Notes under the pieces: generated by a model | What the model was told of the DNA's origin: nothing | The model's input: only the letters and a program-made list of their open reading frames with translations | The model's database searches: none | From: Thalia democratica | Lineage: Eukaryota | Reading direction: 5' to 3' | Length of the DNA stretch: 64,000 nucleotides | Assembly: GCA_965202585.1 (NCBI GenBank) | Contig: OZ241826.1 | Location: 35,650,001-35,714,000, forward strand | Made by a program: the position numbers and the translations under genes | In this document: piece by piece, positions 50,213 to 64,000 of the stretch | Numbering within the stretch: position 1 is the first letter of the stretch | Layout: the number at the start of each line of letters is the position of its first letter

Positions 50213-53200
50213 TAATAGGTATAGGGTTTTATAAAATAAGCGATGTCGCTACTTGAGGCAATAATTTTTGAGAGGAAAGTAAATAGTAATTAACAAGTAA
50301 AGGGGCAATATCTTATAAGGGGATAGTTTTTTTTTTCTATTAAATGGACTGTTAATAAAATGTGTTCAATAAACTGATTAGATTCGTCATCAGACTTTTA
50401 TAGGCACGCGTCCCTTTGAACTTTAGCAAGTTAAGTTCTTGGTATTCTTTGGTATTTTTAAAAGAAATTTAAAGTCCTCTTCTTTAAAGAACCCCAATTA
50501 AGCTGGTCAAACATTATTCGATTTCGGTCTTTTAGAAAAAAAAGTCAAACAAATGTATTTAAAATTACACGGTAAGTTAAGATCTTATGTAGCATCAAAT
50601 TTAACTCTTTTAATTTTTCTTCCTCTATAAAAAAATTCAAGCTCATAATCTTTCTTTTAACTTCAAAATGTTCTCCATGGATGTCCTGTTTTAAGATTTT
50701 TGCTTAGCATCTTCAGGTTTTTGTGCTATATTCATAATCATTAAATAATATAAATGTTCTTTAACTCCTAAAATATAACTTTTAAAGTATGAACGATAAA
50801 ATTCTGTCAAAAATACTTTTACTGTACTGCATAGTTTTACGCCTATAAAGGAAATTTGTTATTCAGTGTTTGAAATGACTTTTTGTTACTTTAAGTTTCA
50901 TTTATGCACATTACCTGTCATGTTTTTTAAACACTTTAAGTCTGAATTGACTAAATTTTGTGATTCAATTTTTGTAAAACAGTTGTTTAATGCAGGTTTT
51001 ACTTTTTAATAAGACACAAAAAAAGGTAATGCTGTTGATTTTAATAACTAAAGTAATAAATAAAGTCAGACTAATTTAAAATGTGCAAGTTGTTTAAGTA
51101 TTAATAACAACAAACTATAATCGTTTCTTACTCAATATACTGCACTTTTACAAAAAACTAGTATTTTAATATGTTTAGCTGTTTAAAAGTAAACAAAAGT
51201 TTAATGTAAACTACTATTAATTAACAAATGTGAAATATACTTTTGAAATAAATAAAGTTTAATTCTGTAGAAAAATAAGCTAAAAAAAAAAGTTATGTAT
51301 AAATAAAAACTTTTTGAATAAAACCCCAGTAGTTATTTTAACCTACTTACTGAATATAAAACTTGTCTTTATTTGTCCACAGAAACAGCTTAAAATATTA
51401 TAAAAATCTTCGATTTCTGCTAAAAAATCAATACTACGAAAGTTTGCAGCTAAAAAACTTATTAATCAAACTTTAAAAATAAATCAGATAAAACGTTTTC
51501 TAAAGTATTTTAACCTGCAAAACTTTCCTAAACAAATTTAAGTGTTGGAAAGGGTCTTTAGAAAGCACGGCATAATTTTTGCTCTGATAATAATTTTATT
51601 AAAAGCTCTAAGTTTCATTAACTTATGTCTCTCCAGCAACAAAACTATAGATTTTATATGTTAAATTTTTGATAAGTGTAAAGTTTTAAACCTTATTTAT
51701 AAGTTTTAACTTAAAGAACTTTTTATTAAAACTCTTTTTAAAACTACAATTTTGGGTACTTAAGTAGAAATGTGTATGTATTTTTTAAAAGTTATGTGCA
51801 TATTAAAAAAGGTATTGTTTTAACATTAAAAATGTTTATGAAGACTTTGAACAAAAAACTCATATACATTTAGTTTGGGTTAAGTTGACTACTTATGTAT
51901 TTTACTGTTTTCCTTTTTAATAAAAAAAGAAAAAAAAAACTACAATTTTTAACAGTGTAATAACAATCTTAAAATCAAGCCTTGTTTATACTGGTTAAAG
52001 CCGCTATTGTTTTTTTTTATTAATGATAAGTTTTATATCTAACGAAGCGTAAACAAACCTTGTAATCTTTTTACTAAACTTTAATTAGTAAATCTGTTTA
52101 CTTTACATTTCCATGTAAGTTACTTACAAGAATAAACTATACAAAATAGTTTAGAATTTAGAAAAAATGTTTAAGTAAAATATTAAACGGTTAACAATTT
52201 GTTTTATTAACAAGTTTAGCTGGAAAGGTTTTTCTTGTTTTTAGTTTTACAGAACTATGTAACTATACTGTTTTGATTTTAAGATCGGTTTTGATATTTT
52301 TTGAAAAATTTAAATAGTTATAGATAAAATTGAAACTCTGCGTTATAGTAAAGCTACCTACTTTACTTTTTTTGCGCTAATTTTCACAAAGCCTACCAAC
52401 AAAAATAAACTAATCTTTTTTTTAAATGATTAAAACTAGTTTAACGGTTTTAGATACTTTTGTATTATTATAAAACTTTTTTTTATATTCAATATTTTTT
52501 TTTAAATAATGCCTTTAACCAAATATTTTTAATAAATAAAGAATTTAGCTATATATTTAACTAATTTTAGATGTGTTTTAATTACAGCAAGAAGCTTTAG
52601 AAATGTATATAATTGCAAAATAGCAAAAGTTTTTAGTTTAATACAATGGAACTCTACAAAACTATGGAGGTTTATATAGGAGTAATAATTAAAACTAAAT
52701 TTTGTTAATAAAACAATAACAGTTATATCTTACTTTTACTTTTTTACACTTTTAAAAGTTGTATCAGTACGTGTTTTATAACTAATTTTATTTATAAAGT
52801 CAAATTTATACTTAATTTAAAATGATTTTTTTCTATCACCTACCTTGGTATTTAAGACCAAACATTGTTTGATTTTAATTTCTATTAAGATAAAACACTA
52901 TACATACTTATTTTCATAAATAAATCTTTTCTTAACTGGGTATATTTTTTTAAAACTATTTATCATAACAAATATTTATTATGATTTGTGTTAATTTAAC
53001 AAAATATATAAAAAAATAGTCTTTAATACCAAGGTAGAAAGTATATGGTAGAAAGAAATTAAATTTGAACAAAATTTATAGTTTAATTCAAAAATGTAAA
53101 ATTTAATAAGAACTTAATACCACTTGTTAATTATTATATCTAAATGTTTAAAAAGAAAATATATTCAGCAAAATAAAAATTAACAACTCATGCAAAACTT

Positions 53201-54784
53201 ATGCAGCAAAATAGATGATTTATTCTGTTTGAACTGTTTGTGAATCAAACAAAGTAACTGAACTCTGTATCTTATGTTTATAGTTTATTAAATATAAAAT
53301 CGAATATAAAACAATAAGCAATGTTTACTTTTTTTACTACAAAAAATATTTTGCTTGGCTTTTTATCCAATAAATCTTAATCTATGAACATATCGTTTAG
53401 TTTACAACTCACCTATTTTAATTATAAAAATTGTTTTACTTTCTAACTTAATGAAAAAAAAATTACGAATATTTGCTTTTTCAAAGTAAAAGTATTCTTA
53501 ATTTGAAACTTTTATATAGTAACGCCTTTACCATTTACTTTATACTAAACAGATAGGTAACAAGAAATAAGAAAAACTGAAACAATAAACTTTAGATACT
53601 TAAATTTTAAAACTAATATTGCATGTACTTTGGATATATAATGTACAGCTTAAGTTTTTTTATGAAAGACAAGTTATTATGTGTTTAAAAAATAAATAGT
53701 TAAAACAAAAACAATAATTGATTCAATATAATTAAGTTATTAATATAACTATAAAAAAACCGATAACTCAATTTAATTCAAAAAACATCCTGGATGGAAA
53801 ATAAGCCTTTTTTTTGCATTTTACAAAACAGCCATATTGCTTTTAAAAAAAAGCTGATTTGTTATCTATTTTAATTAAGACGCTTTAATATTTATTTGAA
53901 TACTTAAAAATCTATTGTGTAGAGTTGTATAGTTTTTGAGAACTAACTAATAACTGTTTTACAACAGTTGGACATTCACTTAGTTTTGTTTAAAGTATTA
54001 AATGCGTGTTATAGATACATTGTTATAATAAAACTCAGTTAACGTATAAATGAATAAGATTTACTAATTATCTATGCTTTTTTATACTTAAGTTTTTTCT
54101 TTAGTATCTTTTCTTTTACTTTATATGAAAAAACTGCTTAAACTATTACTTACAATGAGTGGATTTTACTTTGACATCAACTAATTTGATCATTACTGAG
54201 ACAGTTCTACTTTAAATAACTTAAGTTTAAAGCTAAAAACATAAAAATATAAGCATTATTGTAAATTTTATAAAGGCAGTACAAAAAAGTTTATAAAAAA
54301 TGTGAAACAAAACACAACGACATGTTTGCTGCAAACTACTTTGTATATTGCATTTGTTCGGGTGAAGTTGAAGTAGGATATTGTTGTTCTCTTTTCGGAA
54401 GCACCGGAATTATAAATTTTGTGTCATAATTTTTGTGTTTTTATGTTAGTTTTTAAACTTTAATTAGTTAAACTAAGTTTTTTTTTAAATTTTTAATGTA
54501 CAATTTTGGTTTATTTTTGTCTTTTTGTTGTATGTCTTTATGTATAAGTGGCCTAGGTTTTGATGCCTGGGTCCTTCGTATGACAATAAACTTACAAACT
54601 TACAATAATATGACAAGTTTTTTGAATTAAACTCTAATTTCTATCTTATTTGATATTTTCACGACCAGTTTCTTGGACAAGACGTTTAAAGGTATCCGTG
54701 GTATGCGACTCGACAACCGAAAGGTTCTTCTTGCACCAGATCCTAGGAACAAATATTTTGAGCATTTTTTGTCTTTCAATAAGT

Positions 54785-54786
54785 TA

Positions 54787-54826
<40 letters not shown>
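54785..54826. repeat. (TA)n microsatellite
   Basis: About 20 TA units with one G interruption. Confidence 0.95.
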
Positions 54827-54830
<4 letters not shown>

Positions 54831-57800
54831 AACATATAGCAGTGATCACATGAAAGAATTGTTGGTCTGATTTTTTTTTTGTAGCACTGGTGAACACATG
54901 CTTAGGGATTTGAGCTTCATGATTTTCCCACACTTTGTGGTTTTTAATGTAGAGATTTAAGCCTTGTGAGTTTTCTCCAAATGGTGTGTTGCCAAGGGTT
55001 TTTTATTCGCTTAAAATATAGTTTTTGTTTGTTTTATTTTTGGATAAAGTATAGTAGTAGGCAGGTAAAATTGTACATGGTGTGACATACTCACTTTTAC
55101 CTAAAAAACGTTTGTCGTTAAAAGGGGTAAAGTTTGAGACTGAGGGTTTTTTACTTTCAAAACTACAGACTACAACTACAGTAGAACAAAGATCTGACTT
55201 CAGGAAAAAATTACTACGAAACGCTGTTAATAATACTATTAGTATTGTACTAATATTTCTTGAACACTAACAAATATGAGATATTTCTGCTTAAGTAAAA
55301 AAAAATATTAACATTAAAAAAAACTTTGGAAAAGATATTGAACTCGATAAAAATAAAACAATTCTGAGAAATGTTGGTTTTAAAAAATTTGATGTAAAAA
55401 AGACGGTCGGTCATTGAGCTGTAAACACAACAAGTTAAAATTATTTTTCGTTTAATTTATTTCATCAATTTATTTATAAAACGATTTAAGATTTAGAATA
55501 TATGAAAATAAAATTCAACTTTTTCATTCGAAAAAAAAGCTTTTATAAAAGTTATAGTTTTATAAAACTAAATACTTGATGTTATAAGTAAGTACTAAAA
55601 AATTGTTATAAGTTATTGTTTTTTTTTATAATACAATGTTTTGTTTAGTAAAGTACCCACATAATAATAAAAGTACTTCATACAATAAGTGATTAAAACA
55701 GTTTTAAGTTTGTATAGTTTTCTAACAATCACAACGTTGGAATAGTTTAACTATAGTTTAAACTGTTTAAGCTAAGTATAAAACTATACAAGTTTATCAA
55801 ATAATAATATACTATAGCCTTACGTTTTATGTTGATGCAATTAAATTCTATAAGGTGTTTATGGTAACTTTACGTCTTATTATAAATATATATATAAATA
55901 TATATACATAGGTAAAAACAACTTTTTAAGCCATAGTTTTTAAATTAAAAACATTTTTGTTTTAAAAACGTACTTACTAGATCTTCTTAAAATAAAGTTC
56001 TGATTATAATTAAATATATAATATTTGTATTACCTGCGTTTTGACTAGAGAAATACAATTTGCCCGCATCACAACGTACCTACTATTATGCTCGTTTTAC
56101 TAATGAAATAGTCGAATTCGTAAAAAGGCAATCTCGTACTAACTAACAATATGAAATGTGGACAATGTGTTTGTGAAGTTCAAAATTTATTTGTTTACTT
56201 TATACTTTAGTTTGTTTTTAACTATATAATCTTGAGAGAGTTACTTTACACATAACACATTAAGATATTCAAAAGTTGAGAAATCAAAACTTAAGTTTAC
56301 AAGCTAATTTTTATTTATTTTACAAGAGTATTTTCATCTGGTTGTATTAGTTAGTGTAAAAGTTTTATTTAAAAACTTACCTGTTTTTTTATGTGTATTA
56401 AATATCTTTAAACAAATTAAAGGTAATTTTGATTTGATTCAGAACAAAACTTAGAATAAGTTTAGTTTTTCTATGTTTATCCCTATGTGTTACACACAAA
56501 ACTCTTGATTTATGTACTTTTTGCTTATAAATAACAAAAGTAAGTTCATAATAAATTACATACTTTAAATACAAAAACAAAAACTATATTTTAAGATTTA
56601 GATTTACTACTGTTTTGAAAACAAAAACGTTTTTTTTAAACAAAATAAGTGTCAATTTCAGATATTGGAGCTTCATCTTTGAATCACAACACAAACATTT
56701 TTTAATACTAAACATTTATATTAAAGTAACCGCTTAGTTTAAAGTAAACTTAATTAATTGTTGATTATGTTTTGTACAAGTTTTAAAAATTATATTTTGT
56801 AAACTTTAAACATCACATATACACTAATTATATATATTTTTGCAAATTTATACTCATTTTTAATAGAAACAAATTAATAAAAATAAAAATATCCTTAACT
56901 CTAAATCAATATTTGTTGTGATCAACTTGTACTGAATTTTGATACCAACTATGCTCATGAGCATATAGGAATAATTATTTCATTTTTATATTTTACAGTT
57001 TTACAACATTCATTTTTTCACAATCAATATTTTGATTTTTTTTTTCCTTTCCAACAACTAATTCTCCTTTTAAAGCTTTTTTTACATATGTTTAAGATGG
57101 TTAATGTAGTTCCAAATGGCTGTTGCACTACATATAACCAAATGTATACTTTTACCACATACTTGACTGTATCACAACTTAACCTAAAAAATTTTTATCA
57201 TGCTATTGAACCAAACTATACTTTTTTGTACAGAAGGGACATCTATAAAATACGCATATTGAATCTAAGCAAAAGGCATACCTTAAGTGAAATTTTTAAC
57301 TTACAATTCAAATCAAGTTTTACTTACAAGTTTTTAGTTAACAACTTAGAACAGTTTATACTAAACTATTTGTACTTTACAAATATATTAATTCTAGTTT
57401 AAGTTAAAGTTTTTATTTTTCAAGAAAATATTGTCTTTTACTTTGATTATCAATGTTGAGGTCGTATAATTGTTTATATGACTTCATTGTTTCAATAAAT
57501 TCTCATGTATTGTTTTTATCTCACTATTTTATGATGTTTAGTGGTACCTCTTAAAGTGCGTACCTTACTGATGGTGTTATAATGTAATTTTTTGTTTTAA
57601 GTTGTTCTAGTAATTTCCAATGTATTAAAAGGTATTGCTAACTTTCTTAAATTAGTAAGGAAACAAATGGTTATAGGCAATTAATTTTCACAAAAGTAAA
57701 ATATGTTGCCCGTTGTAGAAAAACTTATCTGTTAATTAAAAAAAGATATTTCAAAAACGTACTTATTAATCATTTTATTATAAGTACTATAATATTAATG

Positions 57801-58258
57801 ATATCTTGTTCATATTTATAAATAGTAATCATTTTGAAAACAAATCAAAAGTGGTGGTACTTCTATTTATTTTTTTTATCCAGTCTTTTTACTTTTGGCC
57901 TAGCTTAGAATTTATTGTTACAACGTTTTACTTAAAACTTAAGTAGTAATAAATGGTTAAAAGTACAAATTAAAATTTGCTACAAAACACTGTTATACTA
58001 GTTCAATTTTCTTTTAAGCTAGAAAAAAGGTGTTTGCCAAACTCATGATAACTTCAATGAAAATTAGTAAGTAATTATTTTTCTCTCAAACACCAATTAA
58101 AAAAAAAAATTATAAGCTTATAAAACTAGAATAATTCGACTTCATTTCAATAACAAAATGGTATGATAAATTTTTTTTTGTTAATTTAAGCTTGTAAATT
58201 ACAGCGTATGTAAGTTCAGTCTTAATTTATATTATTTGTCTTGGACATGACGTTAAAC

Positions 58259-58660
58259 TAGAGTTTTCTAAGCTAGGCCAGGTGGCCCTCTTGGAGACCA
58301 TAATAGAAATTTAGGAGACTATGAGTAGCAGAGGGGCCATCAGGTGCAGGAGGTCATAAATTGAAACTTACACTAAATATTCTAGAGCTGATAATGAAGA
58401 ACACAAAAAAGTCTTAAGCGTTGTAATGGGAGTTTAAAAGTTTCTACTAGGTTTTGTGGAAAAATTTAGGAAATTCAGGGTGCCACATGCCGTAAAAGGG
58501 GTAGCCACACGGTCATTATTTTAAACTTACACAAGATATTCTGAAGTTATTGTTGAAGAGCAAAAAAAAGGTTTGACAGTTTCAGTGTAGATTTTTGAGA
58601 ACTCTTATTGTAGGGCCCATAGCTTTTTTTATTTTTTTAAAGGGGACTTCCTTGTGTTAA
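58259..58660 (+). mobile_element. hAT-like MITE, family 1, two tandem partial copies
   Basis: TAGAGTTTTCTAA start. AAACTTACAC.A.ATATTCT core at ~58363 and ~58522. Confidence 0.55.
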
Positions 58661-59974
58661 ATTGTATCCAAGTGGTGGATTCATAACCGATTCATTAAGG
58701 TTGTTTTCGTTCACAAGGTTCTAGGACCACACATTTTGAACGCTTTTATATTTTTTATCATTCAATTAAAAAATATGTTAGACTTTCACGAATATTATCT
58801 TTAATTGAAATAAAAATTTAAAAAGTTTAAAAAAATCATAAGTAATTTCTTTCTCTTTTATTATGCTACTAATTAAAAACTTGAATGAATAAAAATTTTT
58901 TACTCCTTTTAAGAATTAAAAAAGATTTCATTTAATGAAAATTTTGTAAAATCTAAGAACTTAATACCATAATTTAAGAATGAAAAGTTTAAATGCAGAA
59001 AAACTAATTTTTGTACTTATTGACTACTAGTATGAAAATAATAACTAAAATCTATCTTTTTATAACTATGGGGTTGATGAAAAAACTGTTTTCTTATTAT
59101 TAATCTAAATTAGTAGAAAAAAAAAATTAGTTATCTTTAATTCTTTAACCTAGTTGAATGTAAACTAATGATAACAGTTTTACTGTTAAAACTAATTTGT
59201 TTGTCTTACATTTTACTATACCCGTGTGTGGACTGATCAACTGGGGCTCCCAATGATAAATTTAAAACTCATTGTAAAAACAAAACCTAGTTGCAAACAA
59301 ATGTTCAAAAATCACACTGAAATATTATTAAAAATTTTTAAAGAGTTAATTACTATTTAAAAGTTTTTCTATATATAAAAAACAATGTCATTAATTCAAT
59401 TTTATAACTGGTTTTAGTAACCAACTGATTACTTAAATTGTTTTAGTGTGTTACCCTGTTGTTAGAATTCATTATAGAATAAAAAAAAACTTTATTTTTA
59501 AATTGTAAATATGAAAGTTCTGCTACTTGCAAATTTTGCAAATTTAAACTTGTCTTAAGTAGTTTTATTATACAACTTCTATAATTTTCTGCACTAGATT
59601 TATTTTAAAATACAAATGGAGTTATGAATAGAGTTTATCTTGTTTTGGAAGAAGAACAAGCTAAAGAACCCAGACAAGGGAAGATACAGTCAAAACAACT
59701 CAGCATGATAGTTCAAACTAGGTAAACTTTTAATTTACTGGTTACTGTTATAAATACTTGAAACACTATATTATTACATATTTAACTAGTTTATATAGTT
59801 TATTGTAATATAATAGTGCTTTACTGTCTTATACACAGTTGATTTATGCTTCTTCAATTGAAAAAATATGTATATGCTAAATTAGTTTTAGTTTAACTAT
59901 TAGTCTGTAATAATATAACTTCTAAAAAAATATTTAAAAATTAAAAAAAAAAACAACAAGCAAATTTGTTAATA

Positions 59975-61920
59975 TTTTTATGGTTTGATCATCATAGTTT
60001 TAAAGGCTTAACTTACATTAATTTTGGTAAATATTTTTTATACTATTCCTTTATTCCCCGTTTATATATTTACTTTTTAAGATTGAAATACTAAAACTGA
60101 ATTTTTTATTTTATGTATAACACAAGTATAAGAGAAAAATTTTAGTCCACTTTACTATGTTTACACTATGGTTCAAAACATAGAGAGAATTTTGTACTTA
60201 ACCAGTATAGGTTAACTCATGCACAAACAAGTTTAGTGTTCACAAGCAAAATTTTAAATTTATGTTTAATGATTAGTATACAATATTACTAATATACTAT
60301 TTTAAACAAAATTAAACTATTCTTTAGTACTATTTATAATCAGAAAAATGTTTATTTGAAAATTAGGTAGTAACTCAGTTTCACCGATGAACGGATAATA
60401 AAACTGTTTTAAGAAATTAATAAATTATCATAATTAAAAATTATGGAAAAGTTTATAGTTTAAGTATTGATAAATTTTAAACAAAAATGACATTTAAATA
60501 GTTAATTTGTTGCACAATAACAGTTTGACTATCTGTTTAGCAGTTTAACTGAGTAACAGCATAATTTTGATTACAAATACTACTAATAAATAGCTCAATT
60601 TTTATTCATTATTTTCATAACTGAATACTTAACGTTATTCCTGTGTTGTATTATGTTTTAATTATATAGAACAAATTATATTTACAAAAACGTGTTTAAA
60701 ATTTTTAAGATAGTTTGGTTTCAAAATTTTATACTAATTTTATATTTACTAGTAGTAAATAACTGTAACACTAAAATAAAATAAAGTTGTTTGTTTTTTC
60801 CCTACCAAATTTTAATTTTGCTAAATCACTGAATATAAAAAAAAAAACGTTTTAAAATCAATCTAAAAACTATAACCAAGTTTGTACTTAAACAAAAAGT
60901 TACCGAAACCATAGAATAACTTGTAAGTATGTATTCTAACAAACAAATTGTTTTCTTTTAATTTTTTTGTAAGCACTTTATTTATGTAAAAATGTACTTA
61001 TAAAATTACTTGTACTTAAACAGTCATTTTTTATTGCAACTAAACACGTATTTGTAAAAGAAATATGTTTTATAAAGTTATAATTAAAACAGATTTAACT
61101 TAGGATTAACTTTGAGTTAAGCACCCAGTTATGAAAATTTATGAACCAAAAACAAGCTTTTCTTTAGTAGTATTTATAACCAAAATATATGTTTATTACA
61201 AAATCAAGTAGTTACTTAGTTTCACCAATATACGGACAATCAAACTGTTATTATGCAATTGATAAACTATTAAAGTGTTTTTTTTTTTCTAAAATTTATC
61301 AATAATTTAACTATAAATTCTCCATAATTTATAATTTTAATAACTTGTTATTTTGTTTATGGAATGAAAAAAAAAGCGCTCAAATATTTGATCTAAGGAC
61401 CTGGTGTACGAGAAAACCTTTCTGTTATTGAATCATACACTAGTATACAGTTTTTAGTCATGCCCAGGAAGTTATTAATTGCAAATAACAGTTTTATAAT
61501 CCGTTCTTCATGGGTAAAAATTAGTATTTACCTGCTTTTCAAATAAACATACTTTTTGATTATAAGTGCTACTTAAGAATAGCTTGAGCTTGTTTAAGAG
61601 TCAGTAAGTAGTATTATGTACTAAAAAGTATACATAAATTTAAAATTTTGCTAGTGAGCACTAAACTTATTTGTGCATGAATAAACTAATACTAGTAAGT
61701 ACAAAAATTTTAAACTAAGTTTTGAATCATATTGTAAATATAGTGGACTAAAATTTTTCTCTTATTTTTGTGTTACACATAAAATAAAAAATAAAGTTTT
61801 AGTTTTCCTATCTTAAAAGATTAACAATTAAACAGAGAATAAAGGAATTGTAAAAAATTTTTTACACTCAATTTAATGTAAGCTAAGCTTTAAAAACGAC
61901 GATGATCGAACCATAAAAAA
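59975..61920. mobile_element. Putative long-TIR DNA element or inverted duplication (~310-bp arms, ~1.3-kb spacer)
   Basis: 59975-60290 matches the reverse complement of 61609-61920, e.g. AGAGAAAAATTTTAGTCCAC (60131) / GTGGACTAAAATTTTTCTCT (61743) and CAAAATTTTAAATTTATGT (60247) / ACATAAATTTAAAATTTTG (61632). No transposase and no clear TSD seen. Confidence 0.6.
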
Positions 61921-64000
61921 TGAATAAGTTAACTTTATATATTGATCTTTGAAATATTGCGTAGATCTTTATATTTAAAATATATTTTATTTTAATTGAA
62001 ATTTTCAAAAAGTAACAAACAAAATGTGCTTTTTGTAAGTTTATAGTTGTAGTAAAAATATTCATTGATTTTTTTTGTCAAACTAAAAGTTTGCATTTTT
62101 TCTATCTGTAAAGTGCTACCAAACAAAAATTTTATTCAATTTAATTTTATAATTTTCATTTCAGGTATCTTTTTTTTAAGTTTTTACATCACAAATGTTT
62201 TAACAATACCTTATTTTTACTTTATGATTTAATTAACAACTAATGGAAAAAGTGTAATTGTAATTAAACAAGGATAAAAGTATTTTAATTAAAATTACTA
62301 CACAAGTCTACAATCTGTTTAAAATAAGTTTACTAAAAGATTACAAAAAAACTTTTTCTTATTGTTGAAAAATAAAAAATAAATAAAATAAGCTGTGTAA
62401 GTTTAAGCTGTTGAAACTTGTTCGGATTTTAATAAATTCATATTAACAAATCATTATTATTATGATTAAATTATTTAAATTATTAATAAATTTTTCGCTC
62501 AATAACAAACGGTAAAAAAATTTTGTCTACATACACAAACGTGTAATTGATTTTGTTAAAAATTATTATACAGTCTTTAAAATAGCTGTTTTTTTGGTCT
62601 CATTGTTGTTTTCTTAATTTTTACTATAAAATCAAACAAAATATAGCAGGATGCCACATACTCAAAATACCCAATACACGCAGTAAGACTCTGCATATTT
62701 CGAATTATGTTAACTTTAGCCTGACTTAGGACAATTTTTTTATATAAAAGTCTCAGTATATATATTTTTTTATTTAAAAGGCAAATGTTTTAGATCTTAA
62801 ATGAAATTTAGTTGATCTATTCTCAATATTTTCTCTTCAGATATTTCAGAAAATTCAGATTAACACAGCTTAAGATCACTTGGGAAAGTTTTTTGTCACT
62901 CAAGGCAGTTATTTTTAATTAAACAGTAGCAAGCATGATGTAGTTACAATTTCTATTGTAGTGATTTTTAATCCCCTTAAAAAGTTCTATTCTAATATTT
63001 AAAAGCTAAATTAAATAAGATAAGTGTGATGTTTGCTGGATTTATGAGTCCATATGGTTTAGACGTGGTTTTGCTTCATTAAGATGAATCTAAAAAAAAT
63101 AAAAATTCCAAAAAAAGTATGCCGCCCGAAAAACTTATTTTAACCCTAAAAATCATATGTTTTTCGATGTTATGACTTAAACAGTAATAAAATCACTTAA
63201 CATGTCCTAGACTTATAATTTATATCTAATTGAAAACCTTTACTTATTGACATATATTTAAAGACATATTAACTGCTTTTGATGTATTATGATGTCATAA
63301 TCACTCTCGATATGCAAATTTTGTCTGGAAAATTATGTTTTTTCAAAAACTAAAAAGCATGGTTTGTTACTAATTTTAAGATAATAACTTATACAGTGAA
63401 AATGCAATTAAGGTAATTAAAAATAAAGCAAAAAGTAATTAACAATACATAAGTACTTCAACTACAATACAACTAAAAAAATAACAAAACAGAACAACAA
63501 CTTATAAAAAAAAAATAAGAAAACAACGAAACAGTATAATCAAAATCTTTTTATTTACATAGATTACATGATAAAAAAGTATTGATAAATTTTGTAAGAG
63601 TTATAAGAAAACTAAATATATTAGAGTAATAAATGCTTCAAAAAGATCTGCTATTGCTGAACACTTAGTAAATAACCTTGAATGTGCTAGTAATTATAAT
63701 TTAAAAAGATTTAAAGTTGTTTAAAATTGTTTTCACATTTCGGATTTAATTAAACTTGAAGCTATTTGTATTTTGTTAAGAATACCTAAGTTATGTAAAC
63801 ATAAAGATTTTGATTATACTGTTGTACTTCGTTGTTTTCTTAAATTATTTTATAAGCTGTTGCTCTGTTTTATAAAATTTTTAGTTACATTGTAATTAGA
63901 AGTACTTATGTATTGTTAGTTACTCTTTGCTTTATTAATAATAATTTATTGTAAAACAAAACTTTAAAGGTATACTTGTTACCTTAAAAAAAGGTGATAT

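Larger units (their letters stand above)
49655..56210 (+). repeat. Copy B of the duplicated segment (lacks the LINE and the 11571 MITE; has its own ~1-kb insertion near 54200-55200)
   Basis: Same anchors as copy A, in the same order and orientation. Single target site ...GAAACATATTAAACA at ~49776-49790. Confidence 0.88.

Noticed and set aside
54335-54640. Protein-like minus-strand stretches (TQASKPRPLIHK..., FIIPVLPKREQQYP...)
   Set aside because: Multiple stops and no recognisable family; only the motif with paralogues (54661-54760) was kept as a finding.
57088-57402. 104-aa plus-strand ORF
   Set aside because: No domain, AT-driven composition, no splice or paralogue support.
59624-59721. 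Exon-like segment MNRVYLVLEEEQAKEPRQGKIQSKQLSMIVQT with a GTAAAC donor
   Set aside because: No convincing partner exon or homology; it could be real but is unsupported.

Overview
Very AT-rich, intron-containing eukaryotic DNA. The composition and repeat types suggest an invertebrate, plausibly a Hydra-like cnidarian, but that is inference only. Coding content: (1) the six 3' exons of a DDX51/Dbp6 DEAD-box helicase (402-4156, +, 5' end outside the window); (2) a single-exon 488-aa protein with a putative N-terminal BC-box and degenerate LRRs (25281-26747, +); (3) a single-exon membrane protein with a divergent C-type-lectin domain and a tail carrying NPxY and tandem YxxI/V motifs (47726-48604, +); (4) a decayed minus-strand ORF with five ~105-bp repeats (20402-21848). 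Mobile DNA: a near full-length, dead RTE-clade LINE (4903-8771, -) with a 12-bp TSD, several hAT-like and Mutator-like MITEs, a Penelope-like inverted-repeat remnant containing a hammerhead ribozyme core (34455-35025), and a 1.9-kb element with ~310-bp inverted arms (59975-61920). A ~6-kb non-coding segment is duplicated (4775-14830 vs 49655-56210), and the second copy preserves the empty sites of the LINE and of a MITE. Also present: a pre-miRNA-sized hairpin, CRE/STAT and kB-like motif clusters, and a 49-bp dimeric minisatellite. No tRNA, rRNA or CRISPR array was recognised.
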